The translations under genes and the position numbers were made by a program. Shown here piece by piece: positions 12,459 through 26,501 of a DNA stretch of 57,642 bases. Positions within the stretch are counted from its first letter, which is position 1; every line of letters begins with the position of its first letter. Source of the DNA: Hypanus sabinus (Eukaryota); contig NC_082734.1 in the NCBI RefSeq assembly GCF_030144855.1, positions 19,846,359-19,904,000 of the forward strand, given 5' to 3'. The notes beneath the pieces are model-generated. The model was not told the DNA's origin and did no database searches. It saw only the letters and a list, made by a program, of their open reading frames with translations.

Positions 12459-12598
12459 TAACTTCTGCCCAGTGGGAGGACAAGGAGAGGGCCGGGGGTT
12501 AGCGGATAGCCATGTCAGAGGCCCTGTTGTAAATGAAACGGATGCTCTTTATCTTTATGTGCCACTAATGGGACTGTTCTACGCTCCATTTCCTGCAG

Positions 12599-12961
12599 GT
12601 GTGCAGTGCAGTTATCTGATCATCCAGCCGGCTCTATCCCAGCCGGTTCGGCTGGGAGACACAGTGACCCTGACGTGTCTCTTGCAGCGTAAGAGCTTCA
12701 CCGTTTACAGCAACATGTACTGGATGCGGCAACAGGAGGGGCAGGCCCCCAAGCTGTTGGCATATTCATTTCTCAACTCCAGGCAGACCTTCCTGTCTGA
12801 CGGGCTTTCGAACTCCTCATCCTTCAATGTGTTGGTGGACCACCAGAGCTTAAACCTAACCATAGCCAGAGTGACTCCCTCGGATGCTGGCACTTACCTC
12901 TGTGCAGGCTGGAGATTAGGGAAACTGTCCTTCGGAAATGGAACCAGGTTGACCCTGACAG
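12599..12961 (+). CDS. VJ-type inhibitory Ig receptor, exon 2 (germline-joined V-J Ig domain)
   Basis: Acceptor tttcctgcag|, donor ACAG|gtaaat; 363 nt, phase 1-1. Canonical V-set residues: TVTLTC, YWMRQ, LNLTI, DAGTYLC, FGNGTRLTL. Confidence 0.93.
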
Positions 12962-13344
12962 GTAAATGTTGTATTCTGTGACAGGACAAAATAGTGAGCA
13001 TGAAACCAGGGTTAAAGGCTGGGGGACATTGTTTAAGGTGGGCAGAGGGGTAGTTTAAAGAAGGTGTACAGAGAGCAAGTTTTCACACAATGCTTGCTAA
13101 AGATAATGGTAGAAAAGGAGACAATATCGGCATTTAAGAGGCTGCTAGATAGACACATGAACATGCAGGAAGTGGAGGGAGATAGAAGAAACTTACTTTA
13201 ATTTGGATAATGTTCGCCACCGTTATGATGGGCTGAAGGGTCTGTCCAGTCTGTGCTGTTCCCTATTCTGTTTCCTACAATAAGGCTGCAGTATTTGATA
13301 GGGCAGAGTTTTAGAAATGTGTCCTGAGGTCACTCCTGGGCATA

Positions 13345-13804
13345 CAGTACTGTGCAAAAGCCTTAGGCACATATAGCTATGGTTATAGCCAGGGCGCCTA
13401 AGAATCTTGCACAGTACTGTAGTAATTTTATGTATTGGAATGTACTATTGCCACAAAAACAGATTCCATGATGTATGTCAGTGATGATAAACCTGATTCT
13501 GATATGGGTCTCTATTGTGGACTGAGAGCGGGAAAAGGGCAGGGAGAGGGAAGCACCAGAGAGACATACTGTAACAATCAATACACCAATTGTTTGGAAT
13601 CAAGTGGCCTTGCCTGGCATCTCAGCGCTGGGCATGTTAGCACCCGCGTAACAATAACCCCCTGCCCCAACACTCCTTCTCTGCCACCTGTCCCACACCC
13701 CTCCCACGGTGCTTCACCCTCACCATTCCCAAAATCCTTTGTTCCCACCAGATACCTTAGGCACCCTAGCTATATATATGTGCCTCGGACTTTTGCACAG
13801 TACT
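13345..13804 (+). mobile_element. Composite repeat with Tc1-TIR MITEs at both ends
   Basis: 75-bp palindromic MITE at 13345-13419 (cagtactgtgcaaaag...ttgcacagtactg, TA flanks). Related composite copies at ~14700-15058 (-) and ~47486-48003 (+). Confidence 0.65.
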
Positions 13805-14104
13805 TGAGGAGGTATTTCAGCTTGTAGAAGGCAAGAGATATATTGAGGATTGCCTAGTGCCTTGGGATTGAAATGAACAGCAGAGCAGATCAGAAGCCAT
13901 TGGCTGTAGGAGTGTCTTCTGTGGACTGATTTGGATTCAGAGTCCTGCCATCGGCTAGTCATGGGGTCAATACCGAACATCGAAGCCCGAAGCTTGATCA
14001 GAAATCTGAAAGTGCAGCCCGAAGCCTGAAGGCCTGTGTCTGTAAGTCTGAAATTCGCTGGGTAAGTCAGGGGCCCATTGTCCACAAATCTGCTGGAGAC
14101 CCAG

Positions 14105-14268
14105 NNNNNNNNNNNNNNNNNNNNNNNNNNNNNNNNNNNNNNNNNNNNNNNNNNNNNNNNNNNNNNNNNNNNNNNNNNNNNNNNNNNNNNNNNNNNNNNN
14201 NNNNNNNNNNNNNNNNNNNNNNNNNNNNNNNNNNNNNNNNNNNNNNNNNNNNNNNNNNNNNNNNNNNN
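14105..14268. other. N run (masked sequence or gap), 164 nt
   Basis: Directly visible. Confidence 0.95.
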
Positions 14269-16214
14269 TGCTGTTGCTTTGTTGTGTGCTCTCTATTGTT
14301 CTGCCAAACACTGTAGGCCTGCTATGTTGGCACCAGAATGTGTGGCTGTTAGGTGTGTTGGTTGTTAATAAAAGCGATGCATTTCACTCTGTGTTTCGAT
14401 GCACATGAATCTGAGTCTGAATTCCGGTGGACTGCAGGAGTGCTGTCTATAGATGGTTGAAAGAGCAGTAGAGCTGCCAAATGATTTCCTGTGTAGTGAT
14501 CCACAGGAAAATCAGTGAGGCTAGAGAGTCCATGCTTTGGGTGAGCATCTTCCAATTGCACATGAAAGGTCGGGCCCTAGGGAGCACTGAGGAACAGACG
14601 GATCTCGGTATATACTATAAATTCAAAGATCCCCGACACAGTGGCTCAGTACCGTATTTGTCAATGTGGAACGGAGAGTGAGTTTGTAAATCTGGTGGGA
14701 GCGCAGGGTGTTGGGAATGGCAAGAACGGAGTGCCGTGAGACACGTGTGGGTGCAGCTGGCAGAGAAGGAGTGCTGGCGTGGGCATGGGTAGTGCATGTG
14801 CAGACGCACCCAGCCCTGAGTCAACAGGCCACGTGATTTGATTCCACACAGTTGGTTTAACGATCATTACAGAACGTCTCTCTGGTGCTTCCCACTCCCT
14901 CTCCCTGTCCCTTTCCCACTCTCAGTCCACAACAGAGACCCATACCAGAATCAGGTTTATCATCACTCACCTATGTCATGAAATGTGTTTTTCATTGAGT
15001 GGCAGGAGTACAGTGTAATACATAAAATTTCTACAGTACTGTGCAAAAGTGTTAGGCATCCTGGGGGGGGGGGGGTGTAAGACTTTTACACAGAAGTGGT
15101 GAAGAAGCCATATGGGATACTAACCCTCATTAGCTGAGGCCCTGAGAGTCTTTGGGAAGGGCCTGATTGGAACGGAAAGCGTTGACCAGGATGATGCTTG
15201 AATTGGCATGTTTTAGTCACGAAAAGAGACTGGATAGAGGAGGCTGGCAAGAAACCTGGTGTGGGCATACAAAATCGTGAGAGGCATAGATAGAGCAAAT
15301 TGTGAGAAATCTCTCCCCATGCCAGAGGTGTCTGACCCCAGCCAGTGAGGGGACCTGAGGAGGTTTCTTTTCCATCCAGAGGACTCCAGTGATGTGGAAC
15401 ACTACTGCTGGGAAAGAAGTGGAGTGGAGAGTGCAACAATATTTAGGAAGAATTTGAATGTGTATTTGAATTGCCATATAGTGGGCTACAGATAAATGCT
15501 GGTAAAAGGAATTGGTGTGGAAAAGGGACCGGCTGATTGAGATGGCAGGCTGACGCGCTGTTTCTATGCCGTGGGTTCAATGGTACTGAAACTTCCAAGG
15601 AAAGCAATGGATGCAGTCAGCAATATTTCATCAATATGAACCATTTTCTGACAGGTGCCAGAAAACAACGTTCTGACCTAAAATAAGTAACTCATTCGCA
15701 TATAAAATAGAAGTAAGAAACAAGCATTTAACCTGCACCATCATTGAGTGGATCAAAGCCAATCTGTTACCTCAGCGACACTTCCTCGCACTGAGCTCAT
15801 CCTATCGCAAAATGTATTGATCTGTGTTGTGACAATACATCTAACAGGGGCTCCACTACCCTCCTGGGTACAGAACACCAAAGATTCACTACCTTTTGGC
15901 TGAAGATATTTCTCCTCAGCATAGCCCTGTATGGTGACCACATCCCCCTGGCTATGGGTGGCCAAGCCAGAGCAAACATCTGCTCCACATCTACCCATAA
16001 ACACTTGTGCATTTCAGTGAGGTCACCCCTCATTCTCCTAAACTCAGGCGAGTAAGGGCCATTTAATCTCTTTTATAATAAATGCACCATCTCAGAAGTC
16101 AGTCTGGCGAAACTTTATGTGCTTCCTCCCTCGCAAGTATATCCGTCCTCTGGTAGGGAGACAGATGTGGATGTGTTTTCCTAAAATAGCCTAACCACAG
16201 TCTTGCGTAATTAG

Positions 16215-18880
16215 AGCATGTTGTCTCAACTCTTAAACTCAAATGCTCTTCCGATACAGATTAAGAGGAAGGCCAGCCAGACTACAGAAAGAGTGGGTAA
16301 TGTATCAGGATCCTCTTTTCAGTCAGTATGGGTGGAAGTCAGGAACAGGAAGGGAGCAGTTACTCTATTGGGAGTATTCTATAGGCCCCCTGGTAGCAGA
16401 GATACCGAGGAGCAGATTGGGAGGCAGATTTTGGAAAGGTGCAAAAATAACAGGGTTGTTATCATGGGTGACTTTAACTTCCCTCATATTGATTGGCACC
16501 TGATTAGTTCCAATGGTTTAGACGGGGCAGAGCTTGTTAAGTATGTCCAGGATGGATTCCTGTAACAATGTGTTGACAGGCCGACTTGGGGGAGTGCCAT
16601 ACTAGATCTAGTATTAGGTAATGAACCGAGTCAGATCACAGATCTCTCAGTGGGTGAGCATGTGGGGGACAGTGACCACCGCTCCCAGGCCTTTAGCATT
16701 ATCATGGAAAAGGCTAGAATCAGAGAGGACATGAACATTTTTAATTGGGGAAGGGCAAATTATGAGGCTATAAGGCTAGAACTTGTGGGTGTCAGTTGGG
16801 ATGATGTTTTTGCAGGAAGATGTACTATGGACATGTGGTCGATGTTTAGGGATCTCTTGTAGGATGTTAGGGATAAATTTGTCCCAGTGAGGAAGATAAA
16901 GAATGGTAGGGTGAAGGAACTATAGGTGACAAATGAGGTGGAAAATCTAGTCAGATGGAAGAAGGCTGCATACATGAGGTTTAGGAAGTAAGGATCAGAT
17001 GGGTCTATTGAGGAATATAGGGTAGCAAGAAAGGAGCTTAAGAAGGGGCTGAGAAGAGCAAGAAGGGGCATGAGAAGGCCTTGGCGAGTAGGGTAAAGGA
17101 AAACTCCAAGGCATTCTTCAATTATGTGAAGAACAAAAGGATGACAGGAGTGAAGGTAGGACCAATTAGAAATAAAGGTGGGAAGATGTTCCTAGAGGCT
17201 GTGGAAGTGAGCGAGGTCCTCAATGAATACTTCTCTTCGGTATTCACCAATGAGAGGGAACTTGATGACGGTGAGGACAATATGAGTGAGGTTGATGTTC
17301 TGGAGCATGTTGATATTAAGGGAGGGGAGGTGTTGGAGTTGTTAAAATACATTAGGACAGATAAGTCCCTAGGGCCTGCCTGACGGAATTCCCCCAGGCT
17401 GCTCCGCGAGGCGAGGGAAGAGATTTCTGAGCCCCTGGCAGGGATTTTTATGTCCTCGTTGTCCACGGGAATAGTACCGGAGGACTAGAGGGAAGTGAAT
17501 GTTGTCCCCTTGTTCAAAAAAGGTAGTAGGGATAGTCCAGGTAGTTATACATCTGTGGTGGGAAAGCTGTTGGAAAAGATTCTTAGAGATAGGATCTGTG
17601 GGCATTTAGAGAATCGTGGTCTGATCAGGGACAGTCAGCATGGCTTTGTGAAGGGCTGAAATGTCTAACAAGCCTGATAAAGTTATTTGAGGAGGTGACC
17701 AGGCATATAGATGAGGGTAGTGCAGTGGATGTGATCTACAAGATTTTAGTAAGGCATTTGACACGGTAGGCTTATTCAGAAAGTCAGAAGGCATGGGATC
17801 CAAGGAAGTTTGGCCCGGTGGATTCAGAATTGGCTTGCCTGCTGAAAGCAGAGGGTCGTGGTGGAGAGAGTACATTTGGATTGGAGGGTTGTGACTAGTG
17901 GTGTCCCACAGGATCAGTTCTAGGACCTCTACTTCTCGTGATTTTTATTAACGACCTGAATGTGGGGGTAGAAGGGTGGGTTGGCAAGTTTGCAGACGAC
18001 ACAAAGTTTGGTGGTGTTGTGGATAGTGTTGAGGATTGTCAAAGATTGCAGAGAGACACTGATAGGATGCAGAAGTGGGCTGAGAGGTGGCAGATGGAGT
18101 TCAACCCGGAGAAGTGTGAGGTGGTACACTTTGGAAGGACAAACTCCAAGGCAGAGTACAAAGTAAATGGCAGGATACTTGGTCGTGTGGAAGGGCAGAG
18201 GGATCTGGGGGTACATGTCCACAGATCCCTGAAAGTTGCCTCACAGGTAGATAGGGTAGTTAAGAAAGCTTATGGGGTGTTAGCTTTCATAAGTCGAGGG
18301 ATAGAGTTTAAGAGTCGCAAGGTAATGATGCAGCTCTATAAAACTCTGGTTTATAAAACTTGAAGTACTGTGTCCAGTTCTGGTCACCTCACTATATGAA
18401 GGATGTGGAAGCATTGGAAAGGGTACAGAGGAGATTTACCAGGATGCTGCCTGGTTTACAGAGTATGGATTATGATCAGAGATTAAGGGAGCTAGGGCTT
18501 TACTCTTTGGAGAGAACGAGGATGAGAGGAGATACAATAGAGGTATACAAGATATTAAGAGGAATAGATAGAGAGGACAGCTAGCGCCTCTTCCCCGGGA
18601 CGCCACTGCTCAATACAAGAGGGTGTGGCTTTAAGGTAAGGGGAGGGAAGTTCAAGGGGGATATTAGAGGAAGGTTTTTCACTCAGAGAGTGGTTGGCGT
18701 GGAATGCACTGCCTGAGTCAGTGGTGGAGGCAGATACACTAGTGAAATTTAAGAGACTACTAGACAGGTATTTGGAGGAATTTAAGGTGGGGGGTTATAT
18801 GGGAGGCAGGATTTAAGGGTCGGCATAACATTGTGGGCCGAAAGGGCCTGTACTGTGCTGTATTATTCTATGTTCTATTT
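16215..18880 (+). mobile_element. CR1 LINE ORF2 remnant (endonuclease C-part plus RT), decayed
   Basis: LGVFYRPP, VIMGDFNFPHIDW, GKFADDTKFGG, YCVQFWSPHY; several stops and frameshifts; tattctatgttctat tail. Confidence 0.9.
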
Positions 18881-19609
18881 CAATGATTTGCATGTCTCTC
18901 TGAACACATATCTTTCAGTCATTCACCGTTCAACCTTTCTATTTCAGTCTACCAAAGTGGATAACCTTGCAGTTTTAATACATTATATTCATTTGCCATT
19001 TCCATACCCATTCGCTTAATCTGTCTATATTCCCCCCCCCCCCACCAAACTCCACCAAAGCTCCTCTGCATATCCCTCACAGCCTATGTCATGTAGCTGT
19101 GTGGTGTTAACAAACTAAGATTTATTGCACAAGCCACTTATCCAAATTATTGTTGCAGACCAGCATCGATCCCTATGGCAAACCGTATGTCAGAAGTTCC
19201 CAAACTGAAATCAAGCCCCTTGGTCCTGCTCAGTGCTTCCTGTGCAATATCCAGTCCTCGATCCATATCAGTATAGCAATTCTGTGTACTCCAATCTTTT
19301 GTGTGGCATCTTCTTGCAGTCCATATGCACCGCATCACCAGGCCTGCTCTAATGTACTGTATTGTCAAACATGATTTCCCTTTCATCAATCCTTGTCGAC
19401 TCTGCCCAATCCTCTTATAATTTTATATGTTCTGTTATCAATTTTTTTCCCTATCAGCTCTTCCAGTCTCCCCACCACTGATGTTAGGCCACCTTTAGTC
19501 CTATTACATTGTCCGGCTTCCAATCTGTGGGCAACATTCTGTGCTGTGTTGGAAGGTAACAACCAATAGGCTGACAACCTTCATCGCTATCTCTTTCAAA
19601 ACCTTTAGG

Positions 19610-20156
19610 ATGCAGGTCATAACGCCTACAGATGTACCGGGGAGAGAATTCTAATGGGTTGCATCACTGTCTAAGAAAGGAAGTGGGGGGTGGGTGGGGG
19701 GTGCTACTGCTCAGGATCGAAGTAAGTTGCAGAGTTGTAAAATTAGTCAGCTCCCTCATGGGCACTAGCCTCCGTCGTATCCAGGTCGTCTTCAAGGAGC
19801 GGTGCCTCAGAAAGCTGGTGTCCATCATGAAGGATCCCCACCACCCAGGACATTCCTTCTTCTCATTGTTACCAGCAGGAAAGAGGTACAGAAGTCTGAA
19901 GACACACACTCAACGATTCAAGAACAGCTTCTCCCCCTGAATAGACATTGAACCCATGAACACTATCTCACTACATTTTTTATTTCCTATTTCTTTCATT
20001 ACTTATTTAATGTCACTGTTTAATATACATAGCCTTACTGTAATTCAGTTTTCTTTTTTCCCTCTTTTATTATGTATTGCCTTGAGCTGCTGCTGCAAAG
20101 TTAACAAATTTCACGACATATGCCGGTGATATTAAACCTGATTCTGATTCTGATTT
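19610..20156 (+). mobile_element. Rex1/Babar-type LINE 3' fragment
   Basis: KDPHHPGHSFFSLLPAGKRYRSLKTHTQRFKNSF and a (gattct)n tail. Confidence 0.7.
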
Positions 20157-21083
20157 TAACGCCTTTCGGTCTAACAATGATTTCCCACTAATGACAATTT
20201 CTTTGAGGTCCCCAGTTTCTGGACCAATGGTCCTGCACAACCACTGGGAGAATTTGTGTGTCTTCTTCCATGATGACAAATAGAGGATTTTTGTTAACTT
20301 CTCCACCATTTCCTTAAGCTCCAACATAATTCCTCCTCTCTCAATCTTTAGTTATTCTTTACATTTTTATAGATATGCAGAAGTTGCTCTGGGATTCAAT
20401 TTCCTCTTCTCAATGTGTTGGCCCTCCTTTAGTGAAGGCTAGAATGTTCCCATTCCACTGGATTACAGGGCTTTGAGCAGCATTTTTGCTTCTTTGATGT
20501 TGGGCCTCTTCTTGAAAATCCACCTCCATCATCTGTGACCAGGCACAGATCCCATTGGCCTCCCTGAAGATGGTTTCTTTCTCTCTGACCCTTGAATTCT
20601 GAAGACCAGTGAAAGTGACAAACTCTATTATCCTTCTTCAGGTGACTGACACAGAGCTCCCTCTGTGGTTTCTGGAAGAAGAAGTACAAGTAGGTCCCAT
20701 CATAAAAATTTCTCTGGATGGTGGGTGCTTGGCCGCCTTTGGTTGCTGCATCAGTCGTCCTGTAGGATTAGTGACTATGCTGCTCCCTGAGTCCCACTCT
20801 CTGGGCATGGGGCATTCCTAGACTTCTGGAAGTGGACTGTCTGAATGTTTTTCTTGTGAAAGTTCCTGGATGTCAGTATCTCTGAGGGTCTAACCTGGAC
20901 CCAACATATCGATGCAGTTAAAAGAAGGCATAACGACTTCCGGTAAGATGGCGATTGTTTAGCTGCTCTGAACTTTTGCTCCGTTATTCTCCCTATCTTT
21001 GCACTATATGTCTCCATTCTTAAACCTTAGTTAGGTATTTTATTAATTCTCTTTTACCTGCCTGTGAACACATCTATCTTATA

Positions 21084-21893
21084 ATGGCTACCAAAAGTAC
21101 TAAAACCGGGAAAAAGGAAGCTTCTACGGCTTTGCCAGCTGACATTCTTGCTGTTTTGGAACAGCATCGAGAAGATATTTTAAAGGAATTTAGAACTTCT
21201 TTCAAACAGCTGGATGTCAAATTGGATCAGATCAATGCTAGAGTGGATGAACATGCTGAACATTTATCTCGCATCGACTCAACCTCTGAGGATTTACAAC
21301 GCAGTGTTCATTACCTTGAAACTCTCTGCTCCAGCCTAGAGGAGAAGAATTGCAAACTTTTTTCCAAAATGGTGGATCTTGAAAATCGGAGCAGACGTTG
21401 CAATCTATGAATTCTTGGTTTGCCAGAGGCCACCAAAAAGGGCTCTCCTGTTGAATTTTTTTCCGATTTTCTCTGTAAGATTTTTGGGAAAGAATTTTTT
21501 CCGACTCCACCTGAGCTTGAAAGGGCTCACAGGATGTATGTTCCTCGTGCAACTCTGGGTTCCCATCCACGGCCGGTAATTTTGTGCTTTCATCAATATC
21601 AGGTAAAAAACCGTTTGATTATGGAGGCACGGCGCAGAGGTACTTTTGCTTTTCAAAATACAGTCATTGTTTTTGTGGAGGATTTTGCCCCCCAGGTTCT
21701 GAAGATGCGTGCTGAGTTTAAAGGTGTAATGAAAGTGCTTTTTGATCGCGGACTTAGACCCTCCCTTCGAAACCCAGCCGATCTCCGAATTACACTTACT
21801 ACTGGAGAATATAAGTGGTTTAAATCAGTGAAGGAGGCCAAGGCATCTGTTGGAAGTCTTCCGGCCATCCCGTCTTCTTCAGAACCGGTCTGA
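21084..21893 (+). pseudogene. L1 ORF1, one premature stop
   Basis: Coiled coil, then LENRSRRCNL*ILGLPE (TGA at 21408-21410, probably CGA>TGA), ELERAHR and PRPVIL, all in one frame. Confidence 0.85.
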
Positions 21894-22715
21894 CCTTCTA
21901 AAATGGTGGATAAGTACCTCTCGCAGTAAAGCTATTTTTTCCGGACTCAGACTTTACTTGAATAATTCAGACATTATCTATTGAAACTCTAAGGGCTGTA
22001 GACAATCTCTCCCTGGACTTGGTGCGTTCTTTCTAAATAGATAATCTGAGTTTAATGTTTCCCTGCGGATGTTTAGATTGCACTTGTGTAATCTATTTTA
22101 TTCTTGTATAACTTTATCTATAGAGATCTACAATTGACTCTCACTTGTTTTGGAGGTTTGGAGTTTTTATTGAAGGTCTCCCTGTTGGTTGATTCATAGT
22201 TTAATTTTGCTTTTTTTTCTGTAAATTGTTGATAAGTACTCTCTTCGAATCTATAATTTCCCCCTTTTCTCCCTCCCCTTTTTTTTCTTTTAATCTTCTA
22301 TAATTTTTTGCGGGTAGGTCAGTTTTGGCTTTCTTCTGATTTTCTTTGTATTAAGTTTTATACTTCTGTTGAAGTTGTTCCTATTCGTAATTATGTTTTC
22401 TAGTGCATAAACTAGTTACCATTTGCTATAGTATTTATACGGAACTGTTGTTAACGACTCAGAACTGGAAGTCATATTTGGGTTAATTTTTGTAGTAGAG
22501 CTAGCTGCTTTTTTTGGTAGCCGTCTAGTTTTGGGTTGCGAGGCTGGGGTAGGTTCTCCAGTTACAACATGACTCACTGTTTCTTTTGTTTTCCTCTGTT
22601 ACTCAGGACACTGTTTTGATTCTACGGATCTATGTTTACATTTTTGCTCCCAGACTGTTAATGTACTGCTTGACTTTTTATATGCCTGTTGCCTTCTATG
22701 CACTAACAATTGATA

Positions 22716-25700
22716 ATGGTTAATACACTTAAATTTGTGAGCTGAATGTAAAGGGATTGAATCACCCTGTTAAAAGAAGGAAGGTATTCTCACATATTAA
22801 ACAACTCAAAGCTGACATTGCTTTCCTTCAAGAAACTCATACTCTTTGTTCTGATAACTCCCGGCTTTTGTCAAAGTGGGCGGGTCAGCATTTTCATTCA
22901 TCCTTTGCCGCCAAAGCTAGGGGGGTTTCCATCCTTATTAACTCAAATATTCCTTTTGAAATCCATAATAAGATATCTGATACAAATGACCATTTTATTA
23001 TTGTTTCTGGTAAACTATATAATACTAAAGTTGTACTAGCAAACCTGTATGCCCCCAATTTTGATTATGTTAATTTCTTTGAACGTTTTTTCTCCTCTCT
23101 ACCAGACTTAAACTCATACTCTCTTATACTGGGTGGTGATTTCAATTGTTGGTTAGATCCTAACTTGGATCGATCATCCTCTGTTACTATACCACCTACT
23201 AAATCTGCCTTAGCTATTCAATCATTTCTCTCCAATTATGGTATCTCTGATATATGGCGTTTCCTTCATCCCACTGAGAAAGATTATTCTTTTTTTTCAC
23301 ATGTTCACCATACCTTTACTAGAATTGACTACTTCTTACTCGATAATCAACTCATTCCATTTGTCTATTCTTGTGATTATCAGAGTATACTGATTTCTGA
23401 CCATGCCCCAATTACTCTGTCTTTAAACTTTCCTGGTCTCCCTCAGAGGAATAAACACTGGCGGTTTGATTTGACTTTATTATTGGATGATGATTTTCTA
23501 AAATTTATTAAGGATCAGATAACCTTTTATTTTAACACCAATACATCATCTGAAATGTCATCCCAGATTGTCTGGGATGCCATGAAAGCATATTTGAGGG
23601 GTCAAATAATCTCCTATACAGCAAATCTTAATAGAAAGTCCTGTGCAGATCGATTAGACCTCATTAATCAGATTAAAGAATTTGGTCAACTGTATGCTCA
23701 AACTAAGAATCCTGAATTATACAAGAAGCATGTAGAACTTCAAACTAAATTTAATCTTCTGTCTACTCAACCTGTCGAACACCAACTTCTTGAAAATAAG
23801 AGTCGCTTTTATATTCATGGTGACAAATCTAGTAAATTTCTAGCCAATCAGCTGAGGCGTTCCAAAGCCAAACAACATATTATAAAGATCCGGAAGGAGA
23901 ATGGAGACTTCACATCGGAGCATTTAGAAATCAATGACCATTTAAAAATTTCTATTCTCGACTTTATTCCTCTGAATCTTTGAATGAGAATATCTCTGTT
24001 GATCATTTTTTAAATAATCTGAATATTCCTTCACTTTCACCTGATTCCAAAGCCAAGCTTAATGCACCTATATCATCAGAAGAAATATCTTTTGCAATCT
24101 CTGCATTGTCTTCAGGGAAATCTCCTGGACTTGATGGGTTCCCCATAGAATTTTATAAATTATTCTCTTCACTTCTTTCTCCTCAGTTACTCTCAGTATT
24201 ATCTGACTCGTTTAATTACGGCAAATTGCCACCCTCTTTTAATGAGGCATCTATTATTCTTTTATTAAAAAAGGGTAAAGACCCAACAGAGTGTTCCTCA
24301 TATAGGCCGATTTCTTTGCTTAATGTTGATGTTAAAATCTTGGCCAAAGTTTTGGCTTATAGATTAGAAACTGTTATTCCCTCTATTATTTCTGATGATC
24401 AAACTGGTTTTATTAAAAACCGTCTTTCTTTTTTTAACATTCGGTGTTTATTTAACATTTTATACTCACCTCCAGCTGGGATTCCTGAATGTGTTATTTC
24501 CCTCGATGCGGAGAAAGCATTTGATCGTATAGAGTGGAACTACCTTTTTGCAGTTTTAGAAAAATTTGACTTCGGTCAAAGTTTTATCTCTTGGATCAAA
24601 TTGTTGTATTTGTGTCCTACTGCCTCTGTTTTAACTAATTTTCAGAAATCCCACTTATTTAACCTCAAACGTGGCACCCTTCAGGGATGCCCTTTAAGTC
24701 CCTTTCTCTTTGATTTGGCTATGGAACCTTTGGTGATAGCATTTCAAAATTGTCCTGAATTGACCGGGATTTGGAGAGGGGGTGTTGAGTATAAAGTTTC
24801 TCTTTATGCTGATGACATTAGTTTTTCTTTCCAATCCGTCTACATCCTTACCTCCAATGTTTTCACTTCTTGACAAGTTCAGCCAGCTCTCTGGATATAA
24901 ACTTAATGTACATAAGAGCGAACTTTTCCCAATTAATAAAGAAGCACAAGAATTAACATTTCGTGATCTCCCTTTTAAAGTAGTTCATAATCAATTTACT
25001 TATCTTGGAATTACAGTCACAAGGAAGTTTAAAGATCTCTTTCGTGAAAATTTTGCCAATTTTTCATATACTATAAAACAGAGTCTGTTACAATGGTCAC
25101 CTCTATCTATGTCTTTGGTAGGTCGTATTAATGTTGTTAAAATGTATGTTCTCCCTAAACTTTTATATTTATTTCAATCAATCCCAATTTTTATTCCTAA
25201 ATCTTTTTTTGATTCCTTAGACTCTATTATTTTGTCATATCTGTGGAAGAATAAGCGCTCTCGAATTAATAAAGTTTATCTCCAAAAATCTAAAAAAAGA
25301 GGGTGGCTTGGCTTTACCTAACTTTCGTTTATATCATTGGGCAGCTAATATACGTTGTGCTACCTTTTGGTCTTTCTTCCATGGCCAACCCAAGTGCCCT
25401 AACTGGGTGGCAATGGAGTTGAGCTCCACTAAAGAATTATCTATCTCTGCACTTCTTGGCTCTGCACTCCCTAGTAGTCTGCCCAGATCAATAGCTAATC
25501 CTCTTGTTAGACACACTTTGCGTATATGGGCTCAGTTTAGGAAATTTTATGGTTTCCATGGTTTTTCCTTTTCTAGCCCTATCTTACATAATCACCTTTT
25601 TTTACCTACTACGTATGACTCAGCATTCCGGGATTGGTATAGGATGGGCATTAGACATATTGAAGATCTTTTTATTGATAATCGCTTCGCTTCTTTTCAA

Positions 25701-26501
25701 CAGCTCTCTGCTAAGTTCAATCTGCCCAATGCTCATTTTTTTAGATATCTCCAAATTAGACACTTTATTACTCCTTTAATTCCTAACTTCCCTGAAATGC
25801 CTGAGAAAAATGTTATGGACTTATTTCTTTCTATTAATCCGCTAGGTAAAGGTTTAATATCATTTATTCGTGATAAATTAGCAGCCTTACGACGTGCCCC
25901 TGTGGATAAAATTAAAATGGCATGGGAGCAGGATTTAAATACCTCCTTATCTGATGAGACTTGGGACTCGATTCTCAAATCAGTTAATTCAACCTCTCTT
26001 TGTGCTCGCCACTGCCTTTTGCAGTTTAAGATTGTTCATAGAGCCCATATGTCTAAATCTAAATTATCTTGATTTTACCCTAACATTACTCCGCTTTGTG
26101 ATAAATGCAAAAGGGGCGAGGCCTCTCTCATTCATATGTACTGGTTTTGTCCTAGCTTGGAGAAATTTTGGAAATATGTCTTCATAACGTTATCGTATAT
26201 TCTGAATCACCACCTAGAACCTAACCCTTTAATTGCATTGTTCGGTTTCTGGGATGAGACAGATTTACGTCTGAGTTCGACTAAGTGTCGAATATTATCT
26301 TTTGCCTCTCTCCTGGCTAGACGTTTAATCCTCCTTAGATGGAGAGATGTTGCCCCGCCCACGCATGCTCAATGGCTTAACCATATTATGGCCTGCTTAG
26401 ACCTTGAAAAAATTCATTATTCGGTTCTTAATTCGGATTTAAAGTTCCATAAGGTCTGGGGACCTTTTATTGAATACTTTCATAACTTTCCTCTTAACTG
26501 A
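22716..26501 (+). pseudogene. L1 ORF2 (endonuclease-reverse transcriptase), frameshifted
   Basis: MVNTLKFVS (frameshift) NVKGLNHPVKRR; ORF pieces 22757-23983, 23980-24873, 24782-25321, 25308-26072 and 26136-26501. Confidence 0.9.

Noticed and set aside
12599-12961. Rearranging TCR or Ig light-chain V segment
   Set aside because: J is already fused, no RSS is visible, no C1 exon was found, and it splices in phase to a stalk/TM exon.
12962-12981. Read-through ending KCCIL* looks like a CaaX prenylation box
   Set aside because: This is intron sequence after a good donor, and a signal-peptide protein would not meet cytosolic prenyltransferases. Treated as chance.
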